NCBI GenBank assembly: GCA_965644315.1 | Contig: CBFFRQ010000079.1 | Coordinates: forward strand, 1 to 64,000 | Direction of reading: 5' to 3' | Length of the DNA stretch: 64,000 bases | From: Caecitellus pseudoparvulus | Lineage: Eukaryota; Protista; Bigyra: Bicosoecida | In this document: positions 22,044 through 32,509 of the stretch, in pieces | How the letters are laid out: every line of letters starts with the position of its first letter | Position numbering within the stretch: position 1 is the stretch's first letter | Program-made: the position numbers and the translations under genes | The notes under the pieces: generated by a model | Databases searched by the model: none | What the model was told of the DNA's origin: nothing | Seen by the model: the letters and a program-made list of their open reading frames with translations, nothing else

Positions 22044-25000
22044 TCAAATCAAGGCTATCAGGGTCTCAAGCTTGGCAGCTCGCAGCCGCACACTGACTGG
22101 GATCCTGCGATCGCCAGTCAGACCCATCAGCTCACGCACGATATCGAGGTGGCCATAGAAACATGCCATTTGGAAGGCGGCCTCGGGCCCATCCTCATCC
22201 GCCGCGTGCACATTCACCTCGCGCGCCCCAGTCAGAGCCAGCAGCTCACGCACGACGTCTGTGTGGCCCCAGCGGCATGCCCCTCGGAAGGCGGCCTCAG
22301 GCCCATTCTTGTCCGCCGCGTGCACATTCACTTTGCGCGCCCCAGTCAGAGCCAGCAGCTCACGCACGACGTCTGTGTGGCCCCAGCGGCATGCCCCTCG
22401 GAAGGCGGCCTCAGGCCCATTCTTGTCCGCCGCGTGCACATTCACTTTGCGCGCCCCAGTCAGAGCCAGCAGCTCACGCACGACGTCTGTGTGGCCCCAG
22501 CGGCATGCCCCTCGGAAGGCGGCCTCAGGTCCACCCTTGTCCGCCGCGTGCACATTCACTTTGCGCGGCCCGGTCAGGCCCAGCAGCTCACGCACGACGT
22601 CTGTGTGGCCATTGGCGCATGCCTCTCGGAAGGCAGCCTCAGGTCCACCCTTATCCGCAGCATGCACATCCACTGCCTGCGCCCCAGTCAGGCTCAACAG
22701 CTCACGCACGATGTCGAGGTGGCCACTGCGGCATGCCAATCGGAAGGCAGCCTCAGCTCCATACTTATCCGCCGCGTGCACATCCACTTCACGCGCCCCT
22801 TTGAGTGCCAGCAGCTCACGCACGACGTCTGTGTGGCCATTGGCACATGTCCACCGGAACGTGGCCTCCGTCCGATCCCCATCCGCCGCGTGCACATTCA
22901 CTTTGCGCGCCCCAGTCAGAGCCAGCAGCTCACGCACGATGTCTGTGTGGCCCCAGCGGCATGCCGCTCGGAAGGCGGCCTCGGGCCCATCCTCATCCGC
23001 CGCGTGCACATTCACCTCGCGCGCCCCAGTCAGAGCCAGCAGCTCACGCACGATGTCTGTGTGGCCCCAGCGGCATGCTTCTCGGAAGGTGGCTGTATGC
23101 CCCCACCCATCCGCCGCGTGCACATTCACTTTGCGCGCCCCAGTCAGAGCCAGCAGCTCACGCACGATGTCTGTGTGGCCCCAGCGGCATGCCCCTCGGA
23201 AGGCGGCCTCAGGCCCATTCTTGTCCGCCGCGTGCACATTCACTTTGCGCGCCCCAGTCAGAGCCAGCAGCTCACGCACGACGTCTGTGTGGCCCCAGCG
23301 GCATGCCCCTCGGAAGGCGGCCTCAGGCCCATTCTTGTCCGCCGCGTGCACATTCACTTTGCGCGCCCCAGTCAGAGCCAGCAGCTCACGCACGATGTCT
23401 GTGTGGCCCCAGCGGCATGCCCCTCGGAAGGCGGCCTCAGGTCCACCCTTGTCCGCCGCGTGCACATTCACCTCGCGCGCCCCAGTCAGAGCCAGCAGCT
23501 CACGCACGACGTCTGTGTGGCCCCAGCGGCATGCCCCTCGGAAGGCAGCCTCGGGCCCAAAACTATAGATGAACCACCCAGTTTTAACTGTCTCCGCCGC
23601 ATGCACATCCACTGCCTCATCCCCCGTCAACACAAGCAGCTCACGCACTCTCGCAAGCTTCCCATCCTTGCACGCTTCCACAAACTCAGCGGTGTTCTCC
23701 TCACTGGACCCCACTTGCCCAGGGGAGTGCCCTGCCTCCGCCTGAGCTACACCATCAGCTGCCTGCTCCCCATCGAGCACACTCCGCACAGCACTGTCCA
23801 CACCTGACAGACGTCCCACTCCACCCCCACTTCCCTCACACGCCATTGCGTATGCCCCCATGCAGCAACCACTCCCTCCTCGCCCCAAAACCTCCAACGC
23901 CCTCGACAGTGCATGCTCACCACCTTCACCGCTGCCCACGAAAACTGAACCCACGCCCGATCCGCCACCAAGCGCACCACCTCCCACACCAAGCACCTCA
24001 CGCAGCACACCTAACACACCACCACCGTCACCATCAGAGCGACCTGTGCCCCACACACCGCCACACGCACTCAACACCACCTCACACCCACCTCCATCCA
24101 GTGCCCCCACCAGGTCACCCACACTGCCACTCCTCACACCCACCACCACAAAGCTCCCCACACTCACACCACTCAGACTCACTCCACACGCCTCCGCCAC
24201 AGCACACACACCCAGCACCCGCACAGCCACTCGCTGCTTCACATCCAGCCCAGTATCGCTCAACGCTTCATCCTCCAGGAACACCCTCAGCGGCCAACCC
24301 ACCTCACACAGTACCTGCACTGTGACACTGCTCCTCTCGCCAACTGGCTCATCAGCCCTGCCGCCTCCACATATGTGATTCAACGCTGCTCTGCGTGGAG
24401 TCTGCGCCATCCGGGGAAGTCCATGGGCGATGCGAGCCGCTTCGCCACGCTTCACAGCGCCAACACTCGTGGTAAGGGCCCTCGCACCCGCCTCCACACT
24501 TGCTGCCCATTGCTCCACATCCCCAGATCCACCCACATCCTCATCCACGATCTCAGCCCGTCCACTGTACACACTCACTCCATTGCCGTTCAGGCACTCC
24601 AAGCCGCCCGACAAGTCCAACCCACCCACAGCCTTCACCTTCCGACCACTCATCACCGGCGCACACACCAAAAGACCACGCAGCTCCTCCACCGCACTCG
24701 CTGCACTCTCCAAGTGCTCCGCAGCACTCTCACTCCTCAGCTCGCCTGCCGCCTCGCCTCGCAGCCAATCAGCCTGCTGACGCATGCCAGCCAGGGCCAC
24801 ATCCACCGCTGCTTCGCCACTGGCATCATGTGTGACTGGGCCACCCTCACCAGCCACATCCACATCTGCCGCCTCGAAGCCTTGCCACCATCGCGTCAGG
24901 TCAGCCAGCGCACCCTCCACATTCACACCACTCCGCACACTGCCCCAAGCACCCACAATGGCGCCCCACAGTGCGTCGCCCTCCGGCACTGCATCAACAT

Positions 25001-25355
25001 CCACACCGCTAGCCGCCTGATGCAGCACATCCACCGCGCAGAAGCACCGAAACGACAGGTACTGCAGCGCAGCACACACACCACCTCGCTCACGCTGTCC
25101 TGCCAACAGCCCAGCCTGCTCCAACAGCGCACTCCCCGCATCACGCAGTGCAGCCTCAAGCTCCACCAGGCTCATGGTCGATGGGGCGTCAGCTGCAACA
25201 GGCGCTTCGCCACGCCCAATGGCTGCCAGTCCTCTCAGTGCTGGGCCGTGGTCCGTGACGCTGTCCGGCAAGCACTTCATCTTGCGCAAGCATGCCGCCA
25301 CCGCCTCAGCCTGTGTGTCATCGATGCCTGCAGTGGCTGATGCAGCGCCCTCCAT
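22044..25355 (-). CDS. Ankyrin-repeat paralog ANK2 (cap + 13 repeats)
   Basis: 1103-aa uninterrupted ORF; 114-bp tandem repeats at ~22120-23560. Confidence 0.9.
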   Translation of the reverse strand: MEGAASATAGIDDTQAEAVAACLRKMKCLPDSVTDHGPALRGLAAIGRGEAPVAADAPSTMSLVELEAALRDAGSALLEQAGLLAGQRERGGVCAALQYLSFRCFCAVDVLHQAASGVDVDAVPEGDALWGAIVGAWGSVRSGVNVEGALADLTRWWQGFEAADVDVAGEGGPVTHDASGEAAVDVALAGMRQQADWLRGEAAGELRSESAAEHLESAASAVEELRGLLVCAPVMSGRKVKAVGGLDLSGGLECLNGNGVSVYSGRAEIVDEDVGGSGDVEQWAASVEAGARALTTSVGAVKRGEAARIAHGLPRMAQTPRRAALNHICGGGRADEPVGERSSVTVQVLCEVGWPLRVFLEDEALSDTGLDVKQRVAVRVLGVCAVAEACGVSLSGVSVGSFVVVGVRSGSVGDLVGALDGGGCEVVLSACGGVWGTGRSDGDGGGVLGVLREVLGVGGGALGGGSGVGSVFVGSGEGGEHALSRALEVLGRGGSGCCMGAYAMACEGSGGGVGRLSGVDSAVRSVLDGEQAADGVAQAEAGHSPGQVGSSEENTAEFVEACKDGKLARVRELLVLTGDEAVDVHAAETVKTGWFIYSFGPEAAFRGACRWGHTDVVRELLALTGAREVNVHAADKGGPEAAFRGACRWGHTDIVRELLALTGARKVNVHAADKNGPEAAFRGACRWGHTDVVRELLALTGARKVNVHAADKNGPEAAFRGACRWGHTDIVRELLALTGARKVNVHAADGWGHTATFREACRWGHTDIVRELLALTGAREVNVHAADEDGPEAAFRAACRWGHTDIVRELLALTGARKVNVHAADGDRTEATFRWTCANGHTDVVRELLALKGAREVDVHAADKYGAEAAFRLACRSGHLDIVRELLSLTGAQAVDVHAADKGGPEAAFREACANGHTDVVRELLGLTGPRKVNVHAADKGGPEAAFRGACRWGHTDVVRELLALTGARKVNVHAADKNGPEAAFRGACRWGHTDVVRELLALTGARKVNVHAADKNGPEAAFRGACRWGHTDVVRELLALTGAREVNVHAADEDGPEAAFQMACFYGHLDIVRELMGLTGDRRIPVSVRLRAAKLETLIALI

Positions 25356-26096
25356 GGCTTGTCTTGTTGCTGCTGCCTGTGGGGGAGGGAGGGGTCAGGG
25401 CGCTGTGTGCTGTGGTGTGTGTGCGACACGCTTTGTCGCAAGTGCTGGCGAAAGCGAGGCACCATGCCCACGCCCACGCACCATGGCAATGGATGGCAGG
25501 GAGTCTTGCCAGGTATGGCAGTGCTACGTAGGTGGATCCTGTGGGGTGGATGCGGTGGGCAGGGTGTGTTGGTGTGGCGGGGAGGCGTTGTTGTGCTTGA
25601 CGTGCAAGGGAGCAACTTCCGCACTTGCACCAGTGCACGCTCACCTGTCGCGGCCAGGACTGCAGGCGAGGCGCCAGACACGATGATGTGCCGATGTGCA
25701 GTGACACCACAGGTATGTGTGGGAATTGGTTGGGGTCCATTTTGGTGAATGGTATGTCAAGTTGTGTCCGGCTCCGCTCGATGCGGTGCGCATCATCTCA
25801 GCAAGAAAGGTGCGGAACAAGCTATCTGGACATCCGCAAGATCCCCGTTCGAGTGCTGACGGGAGCTGCGCCAAGGCGCGGAGTGCGATAGAGGGGGTCG
25901 ACTCGTGCGCTCCAAGCAGCGCTGTCCATACACGGCACTGGGCAGGGCAAAACCGCCCGCTCTGCTGTGCCCGCACTTTTGTGTGTAAGGGTTGCGGCCT
26001 TGTCGTGTCTGGCAGTGTGGCTCCGTCACCCTTCCTTGCCCACTCGACATTCATTGGCGTGGTGGCACCTGCTCTGTCCCAAGCCACAACAAAGCC

Positions 26097-27480
26097 ATGG
26101 CGCTGTCCAGCGCCTCCATGGGGGCACCCGTCTTCCAGCTGGTGCCCCTTGCAGGTGGTACTCTGGCTGTTTCAGGCGGTGGCAGCTCCAAGACTGGCAT
26201 TGAGAATGCCCTGGTGCGCAGGCGGGCATTCGACCACTGCGAGAGGCGTGCAAATTCCGCAACCGCCGCTGTTGTGCTCCACAGACCATGGTGCACGTGG
26301 AGAACACTGGCACCAACAAAGTGGAGCTGGCGAAAGGCACTGCGTTCCTCTCGGGCAGCACTTTCATCACGCATGTGGCAGTGTCAGAGGACGTGCGTGC
26401 CGGCGCAGCCGACGTGGCAACCACTTCTGCACCTTGCACGGCAACTTTCGCAGGGCAAGCGCGTGGCAGGGGCGGCTGGAGACAGCATCGTCGTGTTCAA
26501 CCGCGACGGCGAGAGTGGCAGGTACGGGAGCCGGCAGCCAGGTGGCTGGGCGCCGTCCTGAACACCGTGGCAGTGGCGAGCGTGGGGAGCTGCCCCCAAC
26601 CGCCTGGCGTGGCGGCGTGGCTGGCTGGGCATGGGCGCCTGTTCGCCCTGGCCCGGGCAGCCTGTGTGCAGCTGGCGGACGGGGCGCTGAGCAGGGAGCA
26701 GGGCACGGCTCTGGCGTCGGTGCTGCTGTTCACGGCGGTGGGGGTGTCCGCCACGACGCCGCCCAGCTCCCGCAACACCATCCCGCCCCACCTCGCCGAG
26801 CGCACTGCTCGCTTGGCCGGCAAGTCAACCCTGCTCGTGGATGGCGTGGAGGTAGTGGGCGGCAAGGCGGTGCAGCGTGACAGCCCGCCCTCCACACACA
26901 CCGCCCACAACGACGACGGCAGTGCGCGGGACCCGCTGTTCTGGCCGCTGCAGCGCCTCAGCAACACGGCAGTGCAGCAGGGCGGGCCGGCGGCCACCAC
27001 GGCGCTGAACGTGTTCGGGGCCATGGCTGGGCACTTGCCGCAGGCGGACCTGCAGCGGTACGTGGTGCCGGTGGCGCGGGCAGTGTTCCGCACTGTGCAG
27101 GCAGCAGAGCACGTGGCCAGCGACCCCCGCCTGGCCGATGCGCCATCCTGGTCAGAGCAAGCTCAGCAGGCGGCCGCTGGAGTGGAGGCAGGTGGCTTGG
27201 CATCGGAGGTCATGGAGGCTGTGCAGGGTGCCATGGGTGCAGATGTGTTCTTGACGGTGTACAACGGCGAGCGGCGGGCCAGGGTGGCGGCGAAGGAGCG
27301 GCGGGGGAAGCAGGTGGCCCAGGAGGCGGTGGTGAGCCCGGCAGCAGCTGCTGCACGCCGGAGTCGGAAGGCGCAGGCGAAGAAGCACCACGTGGCGAAG
27401 CGCATGGACAAGGTGAAGGTGCTGCGAGGCGGTGGTGGGAAGGGCAGGAAGCGGGTGTGGGAGGCGTTGGTGCGGTGCGG
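26097..27480 (+). pseudogene. SEC12(5')::UTP20(3') chimera, copy B
   Basis: Paralogous to 14663-16059; junction at 26531. Confidence 0.75.
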
Positions 27481-27682
27481 AGGGGAGTGCAGTGAAGGTG
27501 AGGGGGGGGTGGGGTGCGTGGGAATGGTGATGAGGTGTGATGCGGTGTGGTGTGTGCGGTGGATTGTGGTGCGGTGGATTGTGGTGCGGTATGGGCAGAG
27601 GTGGAGGTGGGGCAGGTGTGCTGGTCTGAGGTGCGTGCCAGGTTTGTCACATGGTGCATTGGTCTGTGCTTGGTGCATGGGA

Positions 27683-30325
27683 TCAAATCAAGTCTTTCAA
27701 GCCCTCAAACTTGGCTGCTTGCTGCCGCACGCTGTCTGGGATCCTGCGGTGCCCCGTCAGGCCCAGCAGCTCACGCACGATGTCTGTGTGGCCCCAGCGG
27801 CATGCCACTCGGAAGCCAGCCTCAGGTCCATCCCATGCCGCCGCATGCACATCCACTTCCCGCGCCCCAGTTAGCCCCAGCAGCTCACGCACGATGTCTG
27901 TGTGGCCCCAGCGGCATGCCATTCGGAAGGCGGCCTCAGGTCCAGCCCCATCCGCCGCATGCACATCCACCTCCCGCGCCCCAGTCAGGCCCAGCAGCTC
28001 ACGCACGATGTCTGTGTGGCCATGGAGGCATGCCACTCGGAAGCCAGCCTCAGGTCCACCCCATGCCGCCGCATGCACATCCACCTCCCGCGCCCCAGTC
28101 AGGCCCAGCAGCTCACGCACGATGTCTGTGTGGCCATGGAGGCATGCCACTCGGAAGCCAGCCTCAGGTCCATCCCCATCCGCCGCATGCACATCCACTG
28201 CCCGCGCCCCAGTCAGGCCCAGCAGCTCACGCACGATGTCTGTGTGGCCCCTGGCGCATGCGCCTCGGAAAGCGGCCTCAGGTCCAGCCCCATCCGCCGC
28301 ATGCACATCCACCTCCCGTGCGCCGCTCAGGCCCAGCAGCTCACGCACGATGTCTGTGTGGCCAAAGGCGCATGCCACTCGGAAAGCGGCCTCAGGGCCC
28401 TGTCTGCAAAACCCATCCAGCACCTCAGCATTTCCTTCCGCATGTACATTCACTGCCTCATCCCCCGTCAACACAAGCAGCTCACGCACTCTCGCAAGCT
28501 TCCCATCCTTGCACGCTTCCACAAACTCAGCGGTGTTCTCCTCACTGGACCCCACTTGCCCAGGGGAGTGCCCTGCCTCCGCCTGAGCTACACCATCAGC
28601 TGCCTGCTCCCCATCGAGCACACTCCGCACAGCACTGTCCACACCTGACAGACGTCCCACTCCACCCCCACTTCCCTCACACGCCATTGCGTATGCCCCC
28701 ATGCAGCAACCACTCCCTCCTCGCCCCAAAACCTCCAACGCCCTCGACAGTGCATGCTCACCACCTTCACCGCTGCCCACGAAAACTGAACCCACGCCCG
28801 ATCCGCCACCAAGCGCACCACCTCCCACACCAAGCACCTCACGCAGCACACCTAACACACCACCACCGTCACCATCAGAGCGACCTGTGCCCCACACACC
28901 GCCACACGCACTCAACACCACCTCACACCCACCTCCATCCAGTGCCCCCACCAGGTCACCCACACTGCCACTCCTCACACCCACCACCACAAAGCTCCCC
29001 ACACTCACACCACTCAGACTCACTCCACACGCCTCCGCCACAGCACACACACCCAGCACCCTCACAGCCACTCGCTGCTTCACATCCAGCCCAGTATCGC
29101 TCAACGCTTCATCCTCCAGGAACACCCTCAGCGGCCAACCCACCTCACACAGTACCTGCACTGTGACACTGCTCCTCTCGCCAACTGGCTCATCAGCCCT
29201 GCCGCCTCCACATATGTGATTCAATGCTGCTCTGCGTGGAGTCTGCGCCATCCGCGGCAGGCCATGGGCGATGCGAGTCGCTTCGCCACGTTTCACAGCG
29301 CCAACACTCGTGGCAAGCGCTGTCGCACCCGCCTCCACACTTGCTGCCCATTGCTCCACATCCCCAGATCCACCCACATCCTCATCCACGATCTCAGCCC
29401 GTCCACTGTACACACTCACTCCATTGCCGTTCAGGCACTCCAAGCCGCCCGACAAGTCCAAGCCACCCACAGCCTTCACCTTCCGACCACTCATTGCAGG
29501 CGCACACCCCAACAGACCACGCAGCTCCTCCACTGCACTCGCTGCACACTCCAAGTGCTCCGCAGCACTCTCACTCCTCAGATCGCCTGCCGCCTCGCCT
29601 CGCAGCCAACCAGCCTGCTGACGCATGCTGGCCAGAGCCGCATCCATCGCTGCCTCGCCACTGGCATCATGCGTGACGGGGCCACCCTCACCAGCCACAT
29701 CCACATCCGCCGCCTTCAAGCCTTGCCACCATCGCGTCAGATCAGCCAGCGCACCCTCCACGTTCACACCGGCCCGCACACTGCCCCAAGCACCCACAAT
29801 GGCGCCCCAAAGTGCGTCCCCCTCCGGCACTGCATCAACACTCACACCAGATGCCGCCTGATGAAGCACATCCACCGCGCAGAAGCACCGGAACGACAGG
29901 TACTGCAGCGCAGCACACACACCACCTCGCTCACGCTGCCCCGCCAACAGCCCAGCCTGCTCCAACAGCGCACTCCCCGCATCACGCAGTGTAGCTTCCA
30001 GCTCCACCAGGCTCATGGTCGATGGGGCGTCGCCTGCAACAGGCGCTTCGCCACGCCCAATGGCTGCCAGTCCTCGCAGTGCTGGGCCATGGTCCATGAC
30101 GCTGCCCGGCAAGCACTTCATCTTGCCCAAGCATGCCGCCACAACCTCAGCCTGCTTGCCGTCGATGCCTGCAGTGGGCGCTGCACTGCCCTCCACGGCT
30201 TGGCCTGTTGCTGCTGCCTGAGGCGTCGGGGAGGGGCAGGGCGTTGTGTGCTGGCCAGTGTGTGCGACACGCTCTGTCGCAAGTGCTGGCGAAAGCGAGG
30301 CACCATGCCCACACCCACGCACCAT
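27683..30325 (-). CDS. Ankyrin-repeat paralog ANK3 (cap + 6 repeats)
   Basis: 880-aa ORF; 114-bp repeats at ~27760-28400. Confidence 0.9.
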   Translation of the reverse strand: MVRGCGHGASLSPALATERVAHTGQHTTPCPSPTPQAAATGQAVEGSAAPTAGIDGKQAEVVAACLGKMKCLPGSVMDHGPALRGLAAIGRGEAPVAGDAPSTMSLVELEATLRDAGSALLEQAGLLAGQRERGGVCAALQYLSFRCFCAVDVLHQAASGVSVDAVPEGDALWGAIVGAWGSVRAGVNVEGALADLTRWWQGLKAADVDVAGEGGPVTHDASGEAAMDAALASMRQQAGWLRGEAAGDLRSESAAEHLECAASAVEELRGLLGCAPAMSGRKVKAVGGLDLSGGLECLNGNGVSVYSGRAEIVDEDVGGSGDVEQWAASVEAGATALATSVGAVKRGEATRIAHGLPRMAQTPRRAALNHICGGGRADEPVGERSSVTVQVLCEVGWPLRVFLEDEALSDTGLDVKQRVAVRVLGVCAVAEACGVSLSGVSVGSFVVVGVRSGSVGDLVGALDGGGCEVVLSACGGVWGTGRSDGDGGGVLGVLREVLGVGGGALGGGSGVGSVFVGSGEGGEHALSRALEVLGRGGSGCCMGAYAMACEGSGGGVGRLSGVDSAVRSVLDGEQAADGVAQAEAGHSPGQVGSSEENTAEFVEACKDGKLARVRELLVLTGDEAVNVHAEGNAEVLDGFCRQGPEAAFRVACAFGHTDIVRELLGLSGAREVDVHAADGAGPEAAFRGACARGHTDIVRELLGLTGARAVDVHAADGDGPEAGFRVACLHGHTDIVRELLGLTGAREVDVHAAAWGGPEAGFRVACLHGHTDIVRELLGLTGAREVDVHAADGAGPEAAFRMACRWGHTDIVRELLGLTGAREVDVHAAAWDGPEAGFRVACRWGHTDIVRELLGLTGHRRIPDSVRQQAAKFEGLKDLI

Positions 30326-30938
30326 GGCAATGGATGGCAGGGAATCTTGCCAGGTATGGCAGTGCTACGTAGGTGGATCCTGTGGGGTGGATGCGGTGGG
30401 CAGGGTGTGTTGGTGTGGCGGGGAGGCGTTGTCGTGGTGGACGTGTGCGAGGGAGCAACTTCCGCACTTGCACCAGTGCACGCTCACCTGTGGCGGACAG
30501 GAGCGGAGACAAGGCACAATGCACGCTGATGTGCAGATACCCAATGAACCCACAAGTGAGAGTGGGAAGTGGATGAGGAGCAATTTGATGCAAGACATGT
30601 GAAGGGTGTCCCGCTCCGCTCGATGCGGTGCCCATCATCTCAGCAAGAAAGGTGCGGAACAAGCTATCTGGACATCCGCAAGATCCCCGTTCGAGTGCTG
30701 ACGGGAGCTGCGCCAAGGCGCGGAGTGCGATAGAGGGGGTGGACTCGTGCGCTCCGAGCAGCGCTGTCCATACACTGCACTGGGCGGGGCAAAACCGCCC
30801 GCTCTGCTGTGCCCGCACTTTTGTGTGTAAGGGTTGCGGCCTTGTCGTGTCTGGCAGTGTGACCCCGTCACCCTTCCTTGCCCACTCGATATTCATTGGC
30901 GTGGTGGCACCTGCTCCGTCCCAAGCCACACCAAAGCC

Positions 30939-32500
30939 ATGGCGCTGTCCAGCGCCTCCATGGGGGCACCCGTCTTCCAGCTGGTGCCCCTTGCAGGTGG
31001 TACTCTGGCTGTTTCAGGCGGTGGCAGCTCCAAGACTGGCATTGAGAATGCCCTGGTGCGCAGGCGGGCATTCGACGGCTGCGAGAGGCGTGCAAATTCC
31101 GCAACCGCCGCTGCCGTGCTCCACAGACCATGGTGCACGTGGAGAACACTGGCGCCAACAAAGTGGAGCTGGCGAAAGGCACTGCGTTCCTCTCGGGCAG
31201 CACTTTCATTACGCATGTGGCAGTGTCAGAGGACGTGCGTGCCGGCGCAGCCGACGTGGCAACCACTTTTGCACCTTCCTCGGCGACTTTCGCAGGGCAA
31301 GCGCGTGGCAGGGGCGGCTGGAGACAGCATCGTCGTGTTCACCCGCGACGGCGAGAGTGGCAGGTACGGGAGCCGGCAGCCAGGTGGTTGGGCGCCGTCC
31401 TGAACACCGTGGCAGTGGCGAGTGTGGGGAGCTGCCCCCCACCGCCTGGCGTGGCGGCGTGGCTGGCTGGGGATGAGCGCCTGTTCGCCCTGGCCCGGGC
31501 AGCCTGTGTGCAGCTGGCGGACGGGGCGCTGAGCAGGGAGCAGGGCACGGCCCTGGCGCCGGTGCTGCTGTTCACGGCGGTGGGGCTGTACGCCACGACG
31601 CCGCCCAGCTCCCGCAACACCACCCCGCCCCACCTCGCCGAGCGCACTGCTCGCTTGGCCAGCAAGTGCACCCTGCTCGTGGGTGGCGTAGAGGTGGCGG
31701 GCGGCAAGGCGGTGCAGCGTGACAGCCCGCCCTCCACACACACCGCCCATGACGACGACGGCGGTGCGCGTGACCCGCTGTTCTGGCTGCTGCAGCGCCC
31801 CAGCAACACGGCAGTGCACAAGGGCGGGCCGGCGGCCACCACGGCGCTGAACGTGTTCGTGGCCATGGCTGGGCACTTGCTGCAGACAGACCTGCAGCGC
31901 TACGTGGTGCCGGTGGCTTGGGCAGTGTTCCGCACTGTGCAGGCAGCAGAGCACGTGGCCAGCGACCCCCGCCTGGCCGACGCGCCATCCTGGTCAGAGC
32001 AAGGCCAGCAGGCGGCCGCTGGAGCAGAGGCAGGCGCATTGGCGTCGGAGGTCATGGAGGGTGTGCAGGGTGCCATGGGCGCAGATGTGTTCCTGACGGC
32101 GTACAACGGCGAGCGGTGGGCCAGGGCGGCGGCGAAGGAGCGGCGGGCGAAGCAGGTGGCGCAGGAGGCGGTGGTGAGCCCGGCAGCAGCTGCTGCACGC
32201 CGGAGTCGGAAGGCGCAGGCGAAGAAGCGCCACGTGGCAAAGCGCATGGACAAGCTGAAGGTGCTGCGAGGCGGTGGTGGGAAGGGCCGGAAGCGGGTGT
32301 GGGAGGCGTTGGTGCGGTGCGGAGGGGAGTGCAGTGAAGGTGAGGGGGGGGTGGGGTGCGTGGGAATGGTGATGAGGTGTGATGCGGTGTGGTGTCTGCG
32401 GTGGAATGTGGTGCGGTATGGGCAGAGGTGGAGGTGGGGCAGGTGTGCTGGTCTGAGGTGCGTGTCAGGTTTGTCGAATGGTGCATTGGTCTGTGCTTGA
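30939..32500 (+). pseudogene. SEC12(5')::UTP20(3') chimera, copy C
   Basis: Paralogous to copies A and B; junction at 31373. Confidence 0.75.
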
Positions 32501-32509
32501 AGCTTGGGA

